Assembly (NCBI GenBank): GCA_964106915.2
Contig: OZ066919.1
DNA: 64,000 bases
Strand: one strand, 5' to 3'
Source of the DNA: Podarcis gaigeae
Lineage: Eukaryota
Shown: positions 25,025 through 37,987 of the stretch, in pieces
Layout of the letters: every line of letters begins with the position of its first letter
Numbering within the stretch: the first letter of the stretch is position 1
Translations under genes and position numbers: made by a program
Notes under the pieces: generated by a model
The model's input: the letters and a program-made list of their open reading frames with translations, nothing else
Told to the model about the DNA's origin: nothing
Database searches by the model: none

Positions 25025-25852
25025 TGTGGCATGGGGTCCTCAGAGAATGAACAAGGTGCTGAACAGGTTGAGGACTTTTGAGAAGCAGGTGTGGTCCTCT
25101 GGAACTAGTACTGAGGATCCCCTAGAGCAGGCTTCCTCAACCTCGGCCCTCCAGATGTTTTTGGCCTACAACTTCCATGATCCCTAGCTAGCAAGACTAG
25201 TGGTCAGGGATGATGGGAATTGTAGTCTCAAAACATCTGGAGGGCCAAGGTTGAGGAAGCCTGCCCTAGAGGGGCACTCCAGAGAGAGTTCCTTGGAGTT
25301 GTCAGAGAAGGAGGTAGAGCCACCTCACAGTCCTTGGGCTTGCTAGTACCAAAAGGTTGTGGGTCCAGGCCAAAGCGACAACATAGCATGTGACAGTGGG
25401 CCCAGAGTTGTTGCACAGATAGTAAGTGATCTACTCATGAGTAAGAAATCACCAAATCTCTCTTCTAAGTACCAGCAGCTGTTGTTAGGGTGTGATCTAG
25501 GAAGCCAGGATATATAAGGTCACACTCTTGAGCCTTCCATGGAAGCAACACAGGTCTTTGGTGCCTTTTTTCTAATTTGAGTCCCCACTCCTTGCTGTAG
25601 ACTATGGTGTCTTACTTTACGTCCCCGTGAGGTTGACCTTGCACTGTTGCTTGACCTTGCCTCTGGATCACTGTGCTGCAGCTACAACCCTGTCCTTGTT
25701 GGTGAGTGTTTTGCTTAATAGGCTTATACCTTGTGAAATCTGGCCCCCATCTCCTGAGGGCACCCACCTGAGTGTGGCAGCAAGTATAGGAAAAGAAAGT
25801 CTATTGGAATGACACTGCTGTTTCTGGTTGAGGGTGACTCTACCATGTCACA
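25025..25852 (+). mobile_element. Probable old solo LTR interrupted by a hAT MITE
   Basis: TG...CA ends with 9/10 inverted identity (TGTGGCATGG / CCATGTCACA); flanks GGTA / GGTT; internal TATATAA at 25511-25517. Confidence 0.45.
25128..25263. mobile_element. Young palindromic non-autonomous hAT MITE
   Basis: 34-bp inverted ends with 1 mismatch (CAGGCTTCCTCAACCT[C/T]GGCCCTCCAGATGTTTT); perfect 8-bp TSD CCCTAGAG at 25120-25127 and 25264-25271. Confidence 0.93.
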
Positions 25853-26388
25853 GGTTTCTTGGCTTCGTTTTAAATGTGCTCAAATATCCCTCCTTACAAG
25901 GCTACTGTGAAGTACACAGATAACCACACCTAGCTTCAAAACAACACACTCATACACACTGCTTTGCTCCTGGGTTTAGACTTCTGCTGTAACACCATAG
26001 CTTCAATTTGTGTACTTTGGTTAGACCATACACTGATTACCCAAACCCAGTCAGTTTGCACCTTCTTTTTGTATTCTGTGCTTTTTAGTTGTGGTGATAC
26101 TTGGTTCCTTTAAAGTGTTTTTTTAATGTTTGTATTATTTTTATTGTTTTGCTGTTTGCCTCCCTAGCCTTATTGGAATGGGGGGAAGGGCTGGATAAAA
26201 ATCCAAGTACTGTAATAGTAATTACGGTATATACTGGTATTTGTTTTCTGACCTAAGCATATACTTCGTTTCATGGCACTCTTTACAGTTGTCACTATGA
26301 TCTGTGTATACTAAGCCTTAAGATACCGCTAGTGTTACACTAGAAATACACTCTGGTCTTCCTCTCAGGAATTCTCTTTAACAGGAGC

Positions 26389-26676
26389 ACAGGCACCATC
26401 TATGCGGGACTATGGAGCCCAGGCACCCACAGATTTTCAATGAAGGGGCTGGGAATCCCTAAAGTTCTACATGGTGGCACTCACACACTGTGGGACATAC
26501 GCACATCATGCTCACATACACGCCATGGGGCATCCGCACGACATGTCAGCACGCCCCTGTGACATGCGCAAGTAATGTCACCATGCCGTGGAGTGTGCTG
26601 ATGTCCCGTGCACACGCTGCAGTGATGTTGGCATGCCCCAGGCCCCCTCTGTCATGGGGACAAGGTGGTGTGCCTG
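26389..26676. mobile_element. Degraded GC/CpG-rich non-autonomous DNA element (hAT-like)
   Basis: Termini CAGGCACC...GTGCCTG; interior of alternating purine-pyrimidine sequence similar in style to 50469-50885. Confidence 0.45.
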
Positions 26677-29600
26677 AACAATAGCTTGCATTCATGTGGT
26701 TCTCAGGCCTTTCCCTCCAAAGCAGTCAATAGGCCCAGGTGGAGGCAGGGAAAACAGTGGGGTATCTTAAGTGGAACTGGCTTGTTCCATACTAAGCATC
26801 TAGGAAATTCAAGGGCATCCTAAACCACTCCATGGCTGGTGTTATTGTTTGGAAGGGAAGTAACTTGCAGAGTTTATTTGGCCTTCTTATGTAGTAGATT
26901 TCAGATTTCTTTTTCTTTTTCTTGTGGAATTTTGGACACTCTGTTCCTGGTTCAAGCTTTCCTTTCAAGCATTAGCCAAACGCCCAGGAGTGAAGCAGCT
27001 ACATGCCACAAGCGTTAATTCTCAGCTGTGCTGTGTGATGGGAGCTTTACTGATTGCATGTGGCAGGTTTCAGGAGCCTTTTCAGGCTTCTGTCACTCTT
27101 GGTTTCCAAAAGGGAGCACCAGGTTGCGGCAGTAGCTCCCTGAGCCTGGGAAAGCAGAGGCATATTTACCAGTTAGGTAATTTGGACGGCTGGCATAGCC
27201 CTTAGCTATGGGCCTCTTTCCATCACTCCTTTGATAACTCTGCAATGCTGCTAATATCGCATTATTTCAGTCTGAAGACCCTTGTGCAGGACATATAAAG
27301 GTTGATGCCCCTAGAGCACATGTAGAAGGTACAAATGTATGGAACCAAATCCTGATTATGTCTTGGGCTCTTTCCAAATAGCCCTGGGCTTGTTTGAAAG
27401 TGCAGACCAGCTATTAAGAGATTCCCTCTTTGCAGGACTTCCCAAAATATTTTGCAGGATTCATATGATGCCATTGTCTTCAAAATACCAGTCTGTATAT
27501 TTCTAAATTTAATCTGGATTTACCTTTTCAGGGGAAATACAATTGTTCTCTCTCTCTTTGTGTTTCCAATTTCCCATTTGTGATATCTCACTGCCCCCAA
27601 TTACAATATTAAAGCCCCACCTGGAAACACCTAAGGTGAGCAGTGAGGACAAACTGGAGGCCTCTGCTTGAGCTGACCAAAAACCAGAAGTAGGAGCTGT
27701 ACCAGGAGAAGGCCTTGGGTTGTATCAAAGATTCAGACATGAACTTTTGAAACATTGACATCGCTTACTTTCTAAAATTAAACATCCCAGGGCACATGCT
27801 GGTCTTTAAATGCACACACTGGAAGACCTTCTTATCCTAATCTGTGGTGTGTGGGAGTTGGTTGTGGGTTTGGAGTAAGAGAAGGACTCTGCACATGTTT
27901 GGAGTCACTCTTCTCTTTCAGATAAAATTGCTTGTGTGTAAACAACCATAGTTGCAATCTCTGTTACTTGTCATAGAGGTACCACTCCTCCAGCTAAGGG
28001 AGGAGGGAGGCATAAGATCGGAATGTGAAAGCGAGAGAGGTGGTTGTGAGTTGACTGAAAGCACCTTGGTGTGCCAGGCCTTTGGGCATCTGACGTGCAA
28101 CAGCCGATTTCCTGCCTTGTAATATTGCTGTCTTACATTCGCTTATGCTCCGCTTTGTAAGAAAAACCAATGTTACAAAGACACCTTAAGTCCTCCAGTA
28201 TGTGCATCCAAAGGAAGATAAACTCAATCTTGCTGCCCCGAAACATTTCACTGTTCAGGAGAGCGGGCAGCATGCAACAGGGGCTTTGGCCACTTTCTCA
28301 AGGAGTAAAGGGAAAAGGAGACCACATGGGCAAACCACTTACCCTGCACGAGGCAACCATGATGACAAAGCACACCTAGGGCTAATGCACATTTGTTTTC
28401 ACACACATCTCTGTATTGTAATTAGCAGGGACAATTGCCCCTTTTCAAAAGCTTCCACCAGCAGAGAAAAGACTTGAGCCCTTTCCAGTTCCACAGTTCA
28501 TTCTGTCCCCTCTCTTCCTTTGCCTTTTGCTCCAATTAAGGGTTTGTTTGCCTTTGGAGCAAGGCAGGGTACACTGAACCAGGAGCAGCTATTACATAAG
28601 GAGGCTGGGTCTGAAACACATTCAAAGCAAGGCATCACTCCCAATCTGTTCCTTGAGCTCTGCTGTTTTTTCTGTTTACTGCTGTTTGCCTTTGTAGCTT
28701 TCCTCTGATGTTCCAGTGCAAAGCAATGTTCTAAATGCCCGCCAACTCCACTGGGAGAGCGAGAGATGTGACCAATATTATCCTCCTCCAGCTGACCTCC
28801 CCACCACTTGGAATCCACCGCCTCCACTGCATTTTGGACACTGGCTCGCCTAATTTAGGAATGTGCAGCAGTTCCCCCACATCCCACAGAAAGTGGCCAC
28901 TCTTCCTTCACCACCTTCACTTTCTGTTTTTCATGTCTTGCTCCTGTCAATAGTAGCATAGGGAGAAAAAAAATCTGGGGTGACCAGTTGAGTATTTCTT
29001 TGGAGTCCCAGCTGCGGAAATTGTAAGAATTACAGTCTGTTCTCATCTTTCTGCTGCTGATCCTGTAGCACTTGTCTAGTGGTTCCTTATGTAGGAAGCT
29101 GCCTTAAAACTGAGTCTGACCATTGGTCTGTCTAGTTCAGGGGTTGCCAACATGTTTGGGCCTGTGGGCACATTTTCAAATTGGTGAAACTGTCATGGGC
29201 ACTCCACATTCACATAGACTACAACCTAGTCTATTAACTACATTATAATACTTAAAAGCTGAATTTCGGTAGGTGGGGAGGGTACTCTTTTAGCCTCAGT
29301 GAAGGCCTCTGCTGGTACACATGTCTCCACAGGAGTGGCATTGGCAAACCCTGCTCTAACTCATTATGACTGCCAGCTGTATTTGAAGATGCCAAGACTG
29401 CCAGCTGGATCTTTTGAGTGCAAACCATGTGCTCTACCACTGAGTCATGACCTTACTTGTTCTTGAGTGTTGTAGCATAAAGTTCTAAAATATTTTCCAT
29501 TTCACTTTTAACTGCTTTGGATGGCTGCTTGTCACTCCATGAAGCTGATAAAACAGGTTGTTTGCTATGAGGGTTCATGACACAGGAAAGCACTTGCGGT

Positions 29601-31356
29601 ACATTTTCTCCTGTGGCAGCTCCACATGGCAGACACTATTGTGAGAGTGCCGTTTTTCTCTTGTACAGTTCCATTTCATTTCCACACTGTTGGTGCAGGA
29701 AAACTTGTCTGTGGATCGTACCCTTAGTTTCAAAAGGTGTGATCCTATGCTTTAAGCTCCGTTGAAAGCAACAGAACTTACTTTTGAGTGGACAGACCTT
29801 AAGAGTTCATGTTCTACTTCTGCTTCAGCTTGACAGAATTTTCTGGAAACTGCAATATAGTGCTATTTCTCAAAACTTAAAAATTACAAGATTTGGAGAG
29901 AACCTTTAGGCTCCCAGCTTTGCTCCGAAAATAAAACAGTTCAGCTTCACTGTCTTTTACTAAGAAACTGAATAAAAAGAGCCTGGCTGGATCAGGCCAC
30001 TTGTTCTCACAGTGACCAACCAGATGCCTATGGGAAGCTCACAGGCAGAAGCTGAGTGGAAAAGCATCCTCCCACACCAGCAACAATAATTCAGAATCTG
30101 TTCTGTTTAGGTTAGAGTGAATATCCATGTCTACTGGAGGCCTCTCTTTCGTAAATGCATCTCTGCCATTTGCTCTGAAAAAAAAAAGCAGCTATTAAAG
30201 AACAACAGGCTCCTGAGTTTCAACAAAGCTTGCCATTAGCATACTGGAAGCAGTCTTCCCTCCCATATAGAGGCTTATGTGCCAATGGATTTGGAATCCC
30301 CCTTCAATAGTTGCTGACCACTGTCAAGAGTCACAACCGGAGCCTATTTCAGAATCTAGGCTATGGTTAATAAACCTATTGGCAGAAACGCTGCTCTGTT
30401 GAATCTCCTAGCTTCCCCTTAAGAAATAATGCTTTGTGAGCTTTTGTCCACCAAGGGATTGCATCCATGTTTCTAAAATAATGTGGTTTTCCTTAAGCAA
30501 TAAAATCCTTATAATGTGGGGCGGGGAAAATGCTAATAGTCCCAAATGTGTATGTTTCTCACCATCTTGGCATAAGGAAGTCCTAAGCAGAAGTACACTA
30601 GGTGGCACCCTCCTCCATGTCTTGACTGAAAATCTTCAGACCCCAGCATCTTACTAGGAGAGTAGTTGCATATAACAGGTAACAATGAGACAAACATACA
30701 GAGAATTGTTAATTTGTATAGAGTAGAATGGCTACAATAATGTCAATATTGAAACCATCCTGCCCCCCCCCAATTTGATTTAATACTGTGACCTTATCTT
30801 TGCCTGATAGGTTTGAAAAGTTTTAGGACCTTGCCTAGACATATAGTTTGATACAATTATGTAAAATAATTGGATATTTACATGATTGAGATGTCTCCTT
30901 AATGTTGCAGTGTTTGATAAAACTATAATTATTTTAAAAAATAATAATAATTTTAATAATGACATTATGGGAAGAATCTGACATTGTTACCTGGATAGTG
31001 GCAGAAGCAAAGAGCCTTGGTGTCAGTACCTAGGCTGCTGTGGGCATGCCAGGGTCCACCAGAGGTGACACTGCTTGCCGCACTCCCTCCTCCTCCTCCT
31101 CCTCTAGTCATGGATCTGGCAGCTGGGTATGTACAAACACTCATTTTACCATTTTCACTTAAAAATATATATTATCCTTTTCTGTAACACAACAGTGCTT
31201 ATTCCTAAGTAAATATGTTTTTAGTATCAGATACAAACTTCATTTTAATCCTATAGTAATGATGGCGCTATGAGTTAAGTTAGTTTAAACTTATGCTCAG
31301 TGTTTACTTTTAATTGGGTCTGGCAAAGTGTAACTCTTAAGAGTGTAGTAGCATTG

Positions 31357-31662
31357 GCTAGGTTGCCTCAGCTGCTATGGGCAGCTTCCAATAGAATATA
31401 AAGAACACATGATATATCGGACAATAAAAGCTTCCCAATACAGGATGGCCTTCAGATGTCGATGGAAGGTTGTATAATTGTTTATCTCTGACATCTGACT
31501 GGAGAGTGTTCCACTGGATGGGTGCCACTGCCAAGAAGGCCCTCTGCCTGGTTCCCTGTAACTTCACTTCTCACAATGAGGGAACCGGAGCTGGACCTAA
31601 ATGATGGGAGTGGAGATGCTCCAGGTATACAGGGCTGAAGCCGTTTAGGGCTTTAAATGTCA
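31357..31662 (-). mobile_element. L2-clade LINE 3' fragment
   Basis: The minus-strand peptide LQGTRQRAFLAVAPIQWNTLQSDVR resembles the L2 ORF2 C-terminal motif RAFSxAAPxLWNxLP. Confidence 0.8.
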
Positions 31663-31904
31663 TGGAATAGAGAAGAGGAATGTTAATTGTGTGCTTCACA
31701 ACTGAAGTAACAGAGATGGTAGTCTAAAGACCATTAAGTCCTAGCTGCAACAGTGTGAGCTAATCCCTTGAATTGGATTCAGTAGTGGCCCAGGAGCCCA
31801 TATAGATAAGGTGTGATTCATATGCCTTTTCTCAGCTAATAAACTTATTACTGTATTTTGTACTCGTTCTAGTTTCTTAAAATCTTCAAGGACGACCTCA
31901 GAGA

Positions 31905-32086
31905 CAGACCACAGCACAGTGGTAGAGCACATGTTTTGCATGCAAAAGATCCCAGGTTCAATCCCCAACATCTGTAGGTAGTGCTGAGGGTGTTCCTTAT
32001 CTGAAACTCTGGAGAGCAGTCACTAGTCAATGTCAACAATACTGACACTAATGCACTGATTCTGTGCATGGCAGCTTCCAGTATTC
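31905..32086 (+). mobile_element. Squam3-like tRNA-derived SINE
   Basis: A-box-like cacagtggtagagc, B-box GGTTCAATCCC, body gaaactctggagagc...gcagcttcc. Confidence 0.8.
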
Positions 32087-34430
32087 ATTTCTCCCCCCCT
32101 AAACAAGAGTACTGGCCCACGACATGCTGGCTAGTTTGACTGGTGGATGGGGCTGCACAGCTAACAATTAGCTTGCTTTTGGCAGTCTCAGGGGGACCCC
32201 ATGCTTACAGAAGTACAATAGCATTTCAGAAGAAAATTTACAGAGGGACACACACCCTCCCAAAAAAGCCCACCACATAGTTCTCAGCATTCTCAGTAGG
32301 CAAGGACTTCTGGCTGACTATTGAAGGCAAGGTAGAATGGAAAATTGAGAAAAGAATTGGAATGGAGTATCCTGCAAAGGGGCATGGCTGCCTCCCTGGA
32401 ATCCTGAACAAAAACGCTCCACACTTCATAGCACAGGTCTCTCTTGTACTGCTTGCTAGTCATTCTCAAGGGTTACTAGCTAACAGTCTGTGAGTAGAGA
32501 AAAAAGCCCCTGCTGGTGTTAAACTTCATATAAAGATTTCTGTTTCCTTTTGTAAGCACAGCCAAAGGTGCTCTGCAGCTGGCAAATATCCTTGCCTGCT
32601 AACCTGGAGGATCAAAGGTCCAGGCTTTTGGGGCCCTGTGCCTGACACCAAAAACTCTCTTCTAGACCCAAACTATGCTTCTGTTCTTTGCTAATCCAAG
32701 CACTAGGATGTGGAGCTAAGCAAAACACCAAAGCGTTCCAAAATACAGATGTTGAAAAGCAACAGAATTTGGTCTGGTTGCTGCTGCTGCTTTCCTCCAG
32801 GAGCACTCAAAATACTGGACTTCTGTTCCTTGATGTTTGAGCAGTTTAAATTAGACCCCAAGGAGGAGTGGGTGGGAGAGGATAACGCTATTCCTGCAAA
32901 GACGATGACTGCATTAAACATCAATTTCCTTGTATTTTTCTTTCACTTGGATCCAAGTGGATCTGGCATGCTTAAAAAAAAGTTCAGACATCCTTCAGTA
33001 ATTTCAGCTCTTTGAAACTGGCCAAAGTTTCAAAAAGCTTGTCACTGGGCCTCTGCCTGCTTCCTGGAGGGCCTCCACCTCTCCTCAACTCTCGCTGCCA
33101 AGCCCTTGCATTTTTCACAGCAGGACCAAAAACCTCAAGATATTCACAAGTGGGCTCCTCCCCCATCCCTGGCATATTGATATTCATTTGGAAGCTGTAA
33201 TTAATTAGGCTCTGTTGCCCTTTCACCCCTCTAAGCCCCTGGTGCTGCTTTGGCCCTGCTGTTTGAAACTCTGCAATGTCAGCACATTCCAGCAAAAGCT
33301 GTTTTGAGTGAGGGCCTCTGGAAAAAGGGAAACCCCATTAAATTCCAGCACTTGTATATTCCTTGAGGGCCTTGGTCTGAAACACCTTTCAAAAGTTGCC
33401 CAGTGTATTAATTTAGGAAAAGAGAGGGACGTTAAATCTAGCCTGCTTTCATTCTCCCTCTTCTGCCTACTGCTGGCTGCACACTTTAACTCCAAAGTTT
33501 GTTTTTCACATAAGTTACCGGTTTTAGAGGAAATGTGCAGTGATGGAAATGACTTCTGTTTTAGGATTTAGACATTTTTCTTTTAGATAAAGATATAACT
33601 ATTAAAAACTATAAAACTTCAAAATAAAAAGAGTAATGATGTCAGAAACCAAATACAGTATGCAAAATTGCCTCCAACCAAATAAAACATATCTCTAAGA
33701 TTCATACATGGACTGTGACACCAATTTCTACAATGACTAATACTGGTGCAATTTTTCCTCTCCCAGTGCTTTGTATAAAGCTAGTGGGGAAAAAATTGTG
33801 CCAGACAGTTTAGAGGATTGGACTACCCATATACAGTATGTTAAAATTAAAAAGAGTTAGAACTTTCTGCTTGGAAAAAAACTGAATTATTAACAACTCC
33901 ATTAGCACCTGACTGAATATGAGGCAGTTTATGAAGACTATGTACACCAGAAGCAAAGGCACATATACAGTTGAAGCATATGTATTTAACTGGGTATACA
34001 TAAAAAACGTTGTCTGGATCTTCCACACCTTTCAGCAATTTTGATTTAGGCTTTGAGTGGATATGAAATAGCAAAATTTACTGTGTTTGTCAAAGCGAAA
34101 CAAATGCTATTAGACTGCTCAGGAAATACTTTGGGGTTGCTTTGGTTTGGCAATGCAAATAGGTGTAAGATTTCAATCTAGGATGGGCTGGGTTTATATT
34201 TCTTTTTCCACAGCTCTGTGTCAGCTCTCTGGCTCTGCCAGAATCCAGAGTAACCATACAAATACTTGCATATCCTGCTCTCAGTTTACAGGTACATTTA
34301 GTTGGAACTGAACTGCTAAGGAGGTACTTTCTTCTGGGAGGGCCATTTGGCAGAAGGATCAGACGTTCTGTCTAGGAACATATGGCTATATGCATATGAC
34401 CCATGCACACCTTCGCACAAGTGGGTTCTT

Positions 34431-34432
<2 letters not shown>

Positions 34433-34488
<56 letters not shown>
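34433..34488. repeat. Compound (CT)n(CA)n microsatellite
   Basis: Read directly. Confidence 0.95.
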
Positions 34489-35141
34489 GTTACTTTCACA
34501 AATGTCATTTAAAGCACGCACACCAAAAATCCTGGTAACTAGTTTATTAAGGGTGCTGTGATTTGTGGTATGTCAAGTGTGTGTTGCAATTTTTACTGGG
34601 GTTCAATGTGCTTCTGGAAAGGGTTAAATGCTCTGTTTCTCCTCTGTGCTTTTGTAATGTTAGTCCCCCTCCCCATGTTTTTTTTTAAAAAAACACACAC
34701 ATAAAGGTGATGTTATTTAGTAAGGAAGATTCGAAGCAATAGAGCTGAATCCTAGAGAGGCAGATCTCTAGCGGTGGTAACTGGCCAGAATAAACCACCT
34801 ACACCTGGGGGAAATTGCTCATCAATTTCATTTAGTTTAAAAAGCTGGATTGTTTCAGCTCTAGAAAGAAAACTGAAGAAGGAAAATGCAAGAGGGGGTA
34901 TTTTGTGGATGATGTTGTGGATCTACCCTCTAAAAAGTAAGTAAGCAAAGTGTGACTCTTCTGGTGTGGAAGCAGCCACAGACAATGGCTGAGAAATTGA
35001 TTTATTTTTGATAGAGCCCTAAAACACTAGCTCTGTTGAGGACAGTGTGGCAGCTCTGAAGGAAAGGGGAAATACCTCAATGCTATCCTGTTACTTTTGC
35101 CTGATTTTTCCCTGCTGCAGACCACAAAGGTCCTAAGCAGT

Positions 35142-35398
35142 GTCCCCCCCCCCCCCAAAAAAAAAATGTTTAGGGGTACTCTCATTTTTACAAAAGAAAA
35201 TCACCATTTTACAGTTGAAATTGGGGAAAATAAAGACAACTTTGGGCAATCCTCCCCCCAAAAAGCTCAACAACTTTGGGCAATCTCCCCCCAAAAAGCT
35301 GAAAAACTCTGGGCCATCACCCATTTTACTAAATTTGAGCCCCCCAAAATAGGGGGGTGTCTTATACACGGGGGCGTGTTATACACAGAAAAATATGT
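35142..35398. mobile_element. Partial Tc1/mariner (Tc2-like) element with an internal ~33-bp tandem repeat
   Basis: Right end gtcttatacacgggggcgtgttatacacagaaaaatatg; unit aactttgggcaatc...cccccaaaaagct repeated about 2.5 times at 35238-35325. Confidence 0.55.
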
Positions 35399-36318
35399 CA
35401 AGTTTAATAATAATAATTAATACATGACTTCCCCCAAATACTCCTGGGAACTGTAGTTTACTCGCAGCGCAGCAATTTCCCACATCCCCTTCCTCCTCTA
35501 TTACCCAGTGATAGTAGAAACCAGGAAAAACCTGGTCTTTCTTGTGCGCTTACTTAATATTCTTTTTTATATGTGCTCTCAAAAATATTTTGAAGTTGGA
35601 GAAAACCTTGATATCATGCACAAACAAGCTATTGAAATGTTTTTACCCAACTGTATTTGTAAAGATTATCAAAGGAGCAAATAGTAGTGTTAGGATTGAC
35701 ACTTGCAAAAGGACTCAACAGGAATATTACAGCCCTTAAAAACTGGCCCCCAGTTTTCTTGATTTTGTTTGAGGCCTGCATTTGGCCTAGTATTTGCTTG
35801 TGTTGGAGGCAGGCTGTTAGTCTTCAGCCTGGAAGTAGTATCAGCTGCTTTATCTGAGCTTGATGAGTCTCACCTGTGTTTTTAACCCTATGCCTGTTTG
35901 TTGTAGGGTCATCATGTCTGCCCAGTCTTCTCTGCCATACATATGATTCAGGCTCCCAGTAAAAGTGACCGAATGATAGACTGGCCAAGTTAAGAGTATA
36001 ACCATATCAGTGAAGACAAAGTCAGACTATGCTTGATTCCCTTTTTGTGAGTGTGAAGGTGGTTATTATTTGTTTATGTTGACAGAAGAATGTGGAAAGG
36101 TTCAGCCAATCTTTTGGATTTTTTGCTGGCTTGTTGGTATGACAAGTTACTGACTTAGTTTGGAAGATGGACCCCATTGTTTTTGGAGATATATCTCATA
36201 ATCAGTGTTAATTCAGAGGCGGCGGCATTTATTCAGTATTTAGTTTTGTTTTAAAATCATATCCTGCCCTTTAAAAGAACCCCTAGTAATGCTAGTTTAT
36301 AATGTTCAACTAAAATAA

Positions 36319-36811
36319 TGTTGCACACCATCCGAATCTTATAGCAGTACGAGATTCTAGGCAATAGGCATGAGAGACAGTGGAGACTATGGTATCTTTA
36401 TGATATACGATTTATTTACGCGTATATACAACTGGAGCCTACAGTGGAGGGCCTCACAGCATTAACAGCCCAAGAAGGTCTTGCTTCTCCCATAGCCACA
36501 GCCTTGGATCCCAGCAGAAATCAGGTAGGGCTCTGTCTCTCAGCTGTCCAGTCTTTCCTTCTAGCTCACAAACCTCAGCTCTGAACTTTTGTCTTTCTAA
36601 CTGACAGCAAGTTGAAGTGGGGGCTCACTCATTTGTCCTCAGGCCCAGAGCCATTTCATCTGTTACCTTAACTACCCATACTTCGGCTATTACTTCACCA
36701 GGAAGATGGCCTGACCGTTTCTGATATTTAATCCTTGTTGGATCCAGGAATTAGAATATACAGCCTAACTTCCCTAAAGGTATACAGCCTAAGTCCCCTA
36801 AACTCACAACA
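36319..36811 (-). mobile_element. Probable solo LTR nested in an L2-like 3' fragment
   Basis: TGTTG...CAACA termini; flanks ATAA / ATTA; minus-strand AATAAA at 36411-36416; 24-bp tandem duplication at ~36757-36804. The flanks (36250-36318, 36812-36990) read as one continuous antisense L2-type tail. Confidence 0.6.
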
Positions 36812-37903
36812 ATTACATTAAAGTACTAAAAACACAACAATAAAAAATGAAACAGCAGACAATGCAGATTCAGAGCCGAAAGATTTTTAAGAAGCCTGGA
36901 GGAAGGGGGAAAGTATTCACCTGGTGCAGAAAAGATAACCAAGTAGGCGCCAGGCAAGCTTCCCTAGGGAGAGAACTTTCCATCTGCAGGCACCATTGGG
37001 TAGATGTTGTGCCAAAATAGGGAGGTTAGGATCAGATAGCTAAGAGCTTTTTCTTCTTCTAGGCTGTCTCCCAACCTTCTGCTCCTGTTGAATGCCAAGT
37101 CTAGTTCTTACCAAAACAAAAACAAAAAATCCAACCCCCAAAACTATGAACACCTGTGATTTAATTATGGATTAAAAGACTGATTTCTTGTTTTACACAC
37201 ACCCATTGCTGTGGGAAGCAAGGGACATGTTTGTAATATTTAATCTTTCTAGGTGGCTATGAGGTTTTGTGATGGATTTTTATTGCACGTTAATGTTTTG
37301 TTGCTCTGTTCCGTTGTGTGTCATGAGCTGCTTGGGGGGGGGGGGCGTTAAAAAAACACACACCTGGGTGTGAAATGTCAAGGAACAGTGAGATATGGCT
37401 ACCTGATAGAGGGAAGGCACTCTGCTTGTGCTTCCAGACATACTTTCCTGATGGCTACATGTTTAGAAGCTGAACCCTGACATTTTGAACATGTTCTGCT
37501 GGAGCTGAGACTGGCTGATATTTACATCTGGAAATATAAATTAAAATGAGGTAGCCATCTCTACAGAATAATTAAATGCCTTTTATTGGGACCAACCAAT
37601 GTTTGCAAAGCACTATTTAAGCTTCTAGGTGATGCAGAACTCTTCCTTGGACTGGATGACCAAGCAGGATTTTTGAAGAGCAAAATTGCATATTTTAAAT
37701 GTTAGCAGGCTTAGTAGAATAAAATTCCCAGACACAATAACATAACATGTAAAAACCAATCAATTTTCACAAGCCAGCATGTGATACAGTAACTACTAGG
37801 TAATATTACCAAGTTTTCTTCATTCCAGCATTCTCAGAGATATTAAGTAACTAAGTTCTAATTTAATGAAAAACCAAAATCTTATTTATGTCTGTCTGCC
37901 TAA

Positions 37904-37987
37904 GGCTGCAATCCTGTATGCAATGTACACACTTAAACTTGAAGTAAGATCTAGTGAACATGTATAGACATGAATAGGATTGCACTC
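37904..37987. mobile_element. Short palindromic MITE (PIF/Harbinger-like); related copy near 43922-44010
   Basis: Ends GGCTGCAATCCT...AGGATTGCACTC flanked by TAA / TAG. Confidence 0.55.

Noticed and set aside
31905-31975. tRNA gene (also at 58343 and 62160)
   Set aside because: Degenerate tRNA-like heads that continue into a shared SINE body; no intact cloverleaf.
32612-33571. Cluster of overlapping 60-100-aa ORFs as a hidden gene
   Set aside because: No recognisable domain, no consistent spliced frame, and lengths within chance expectation. The same applies to the ORFs near 19.2, 28.2-28.9, 39.6, 41.1, 49.2 and 52.4-53.6 kb.
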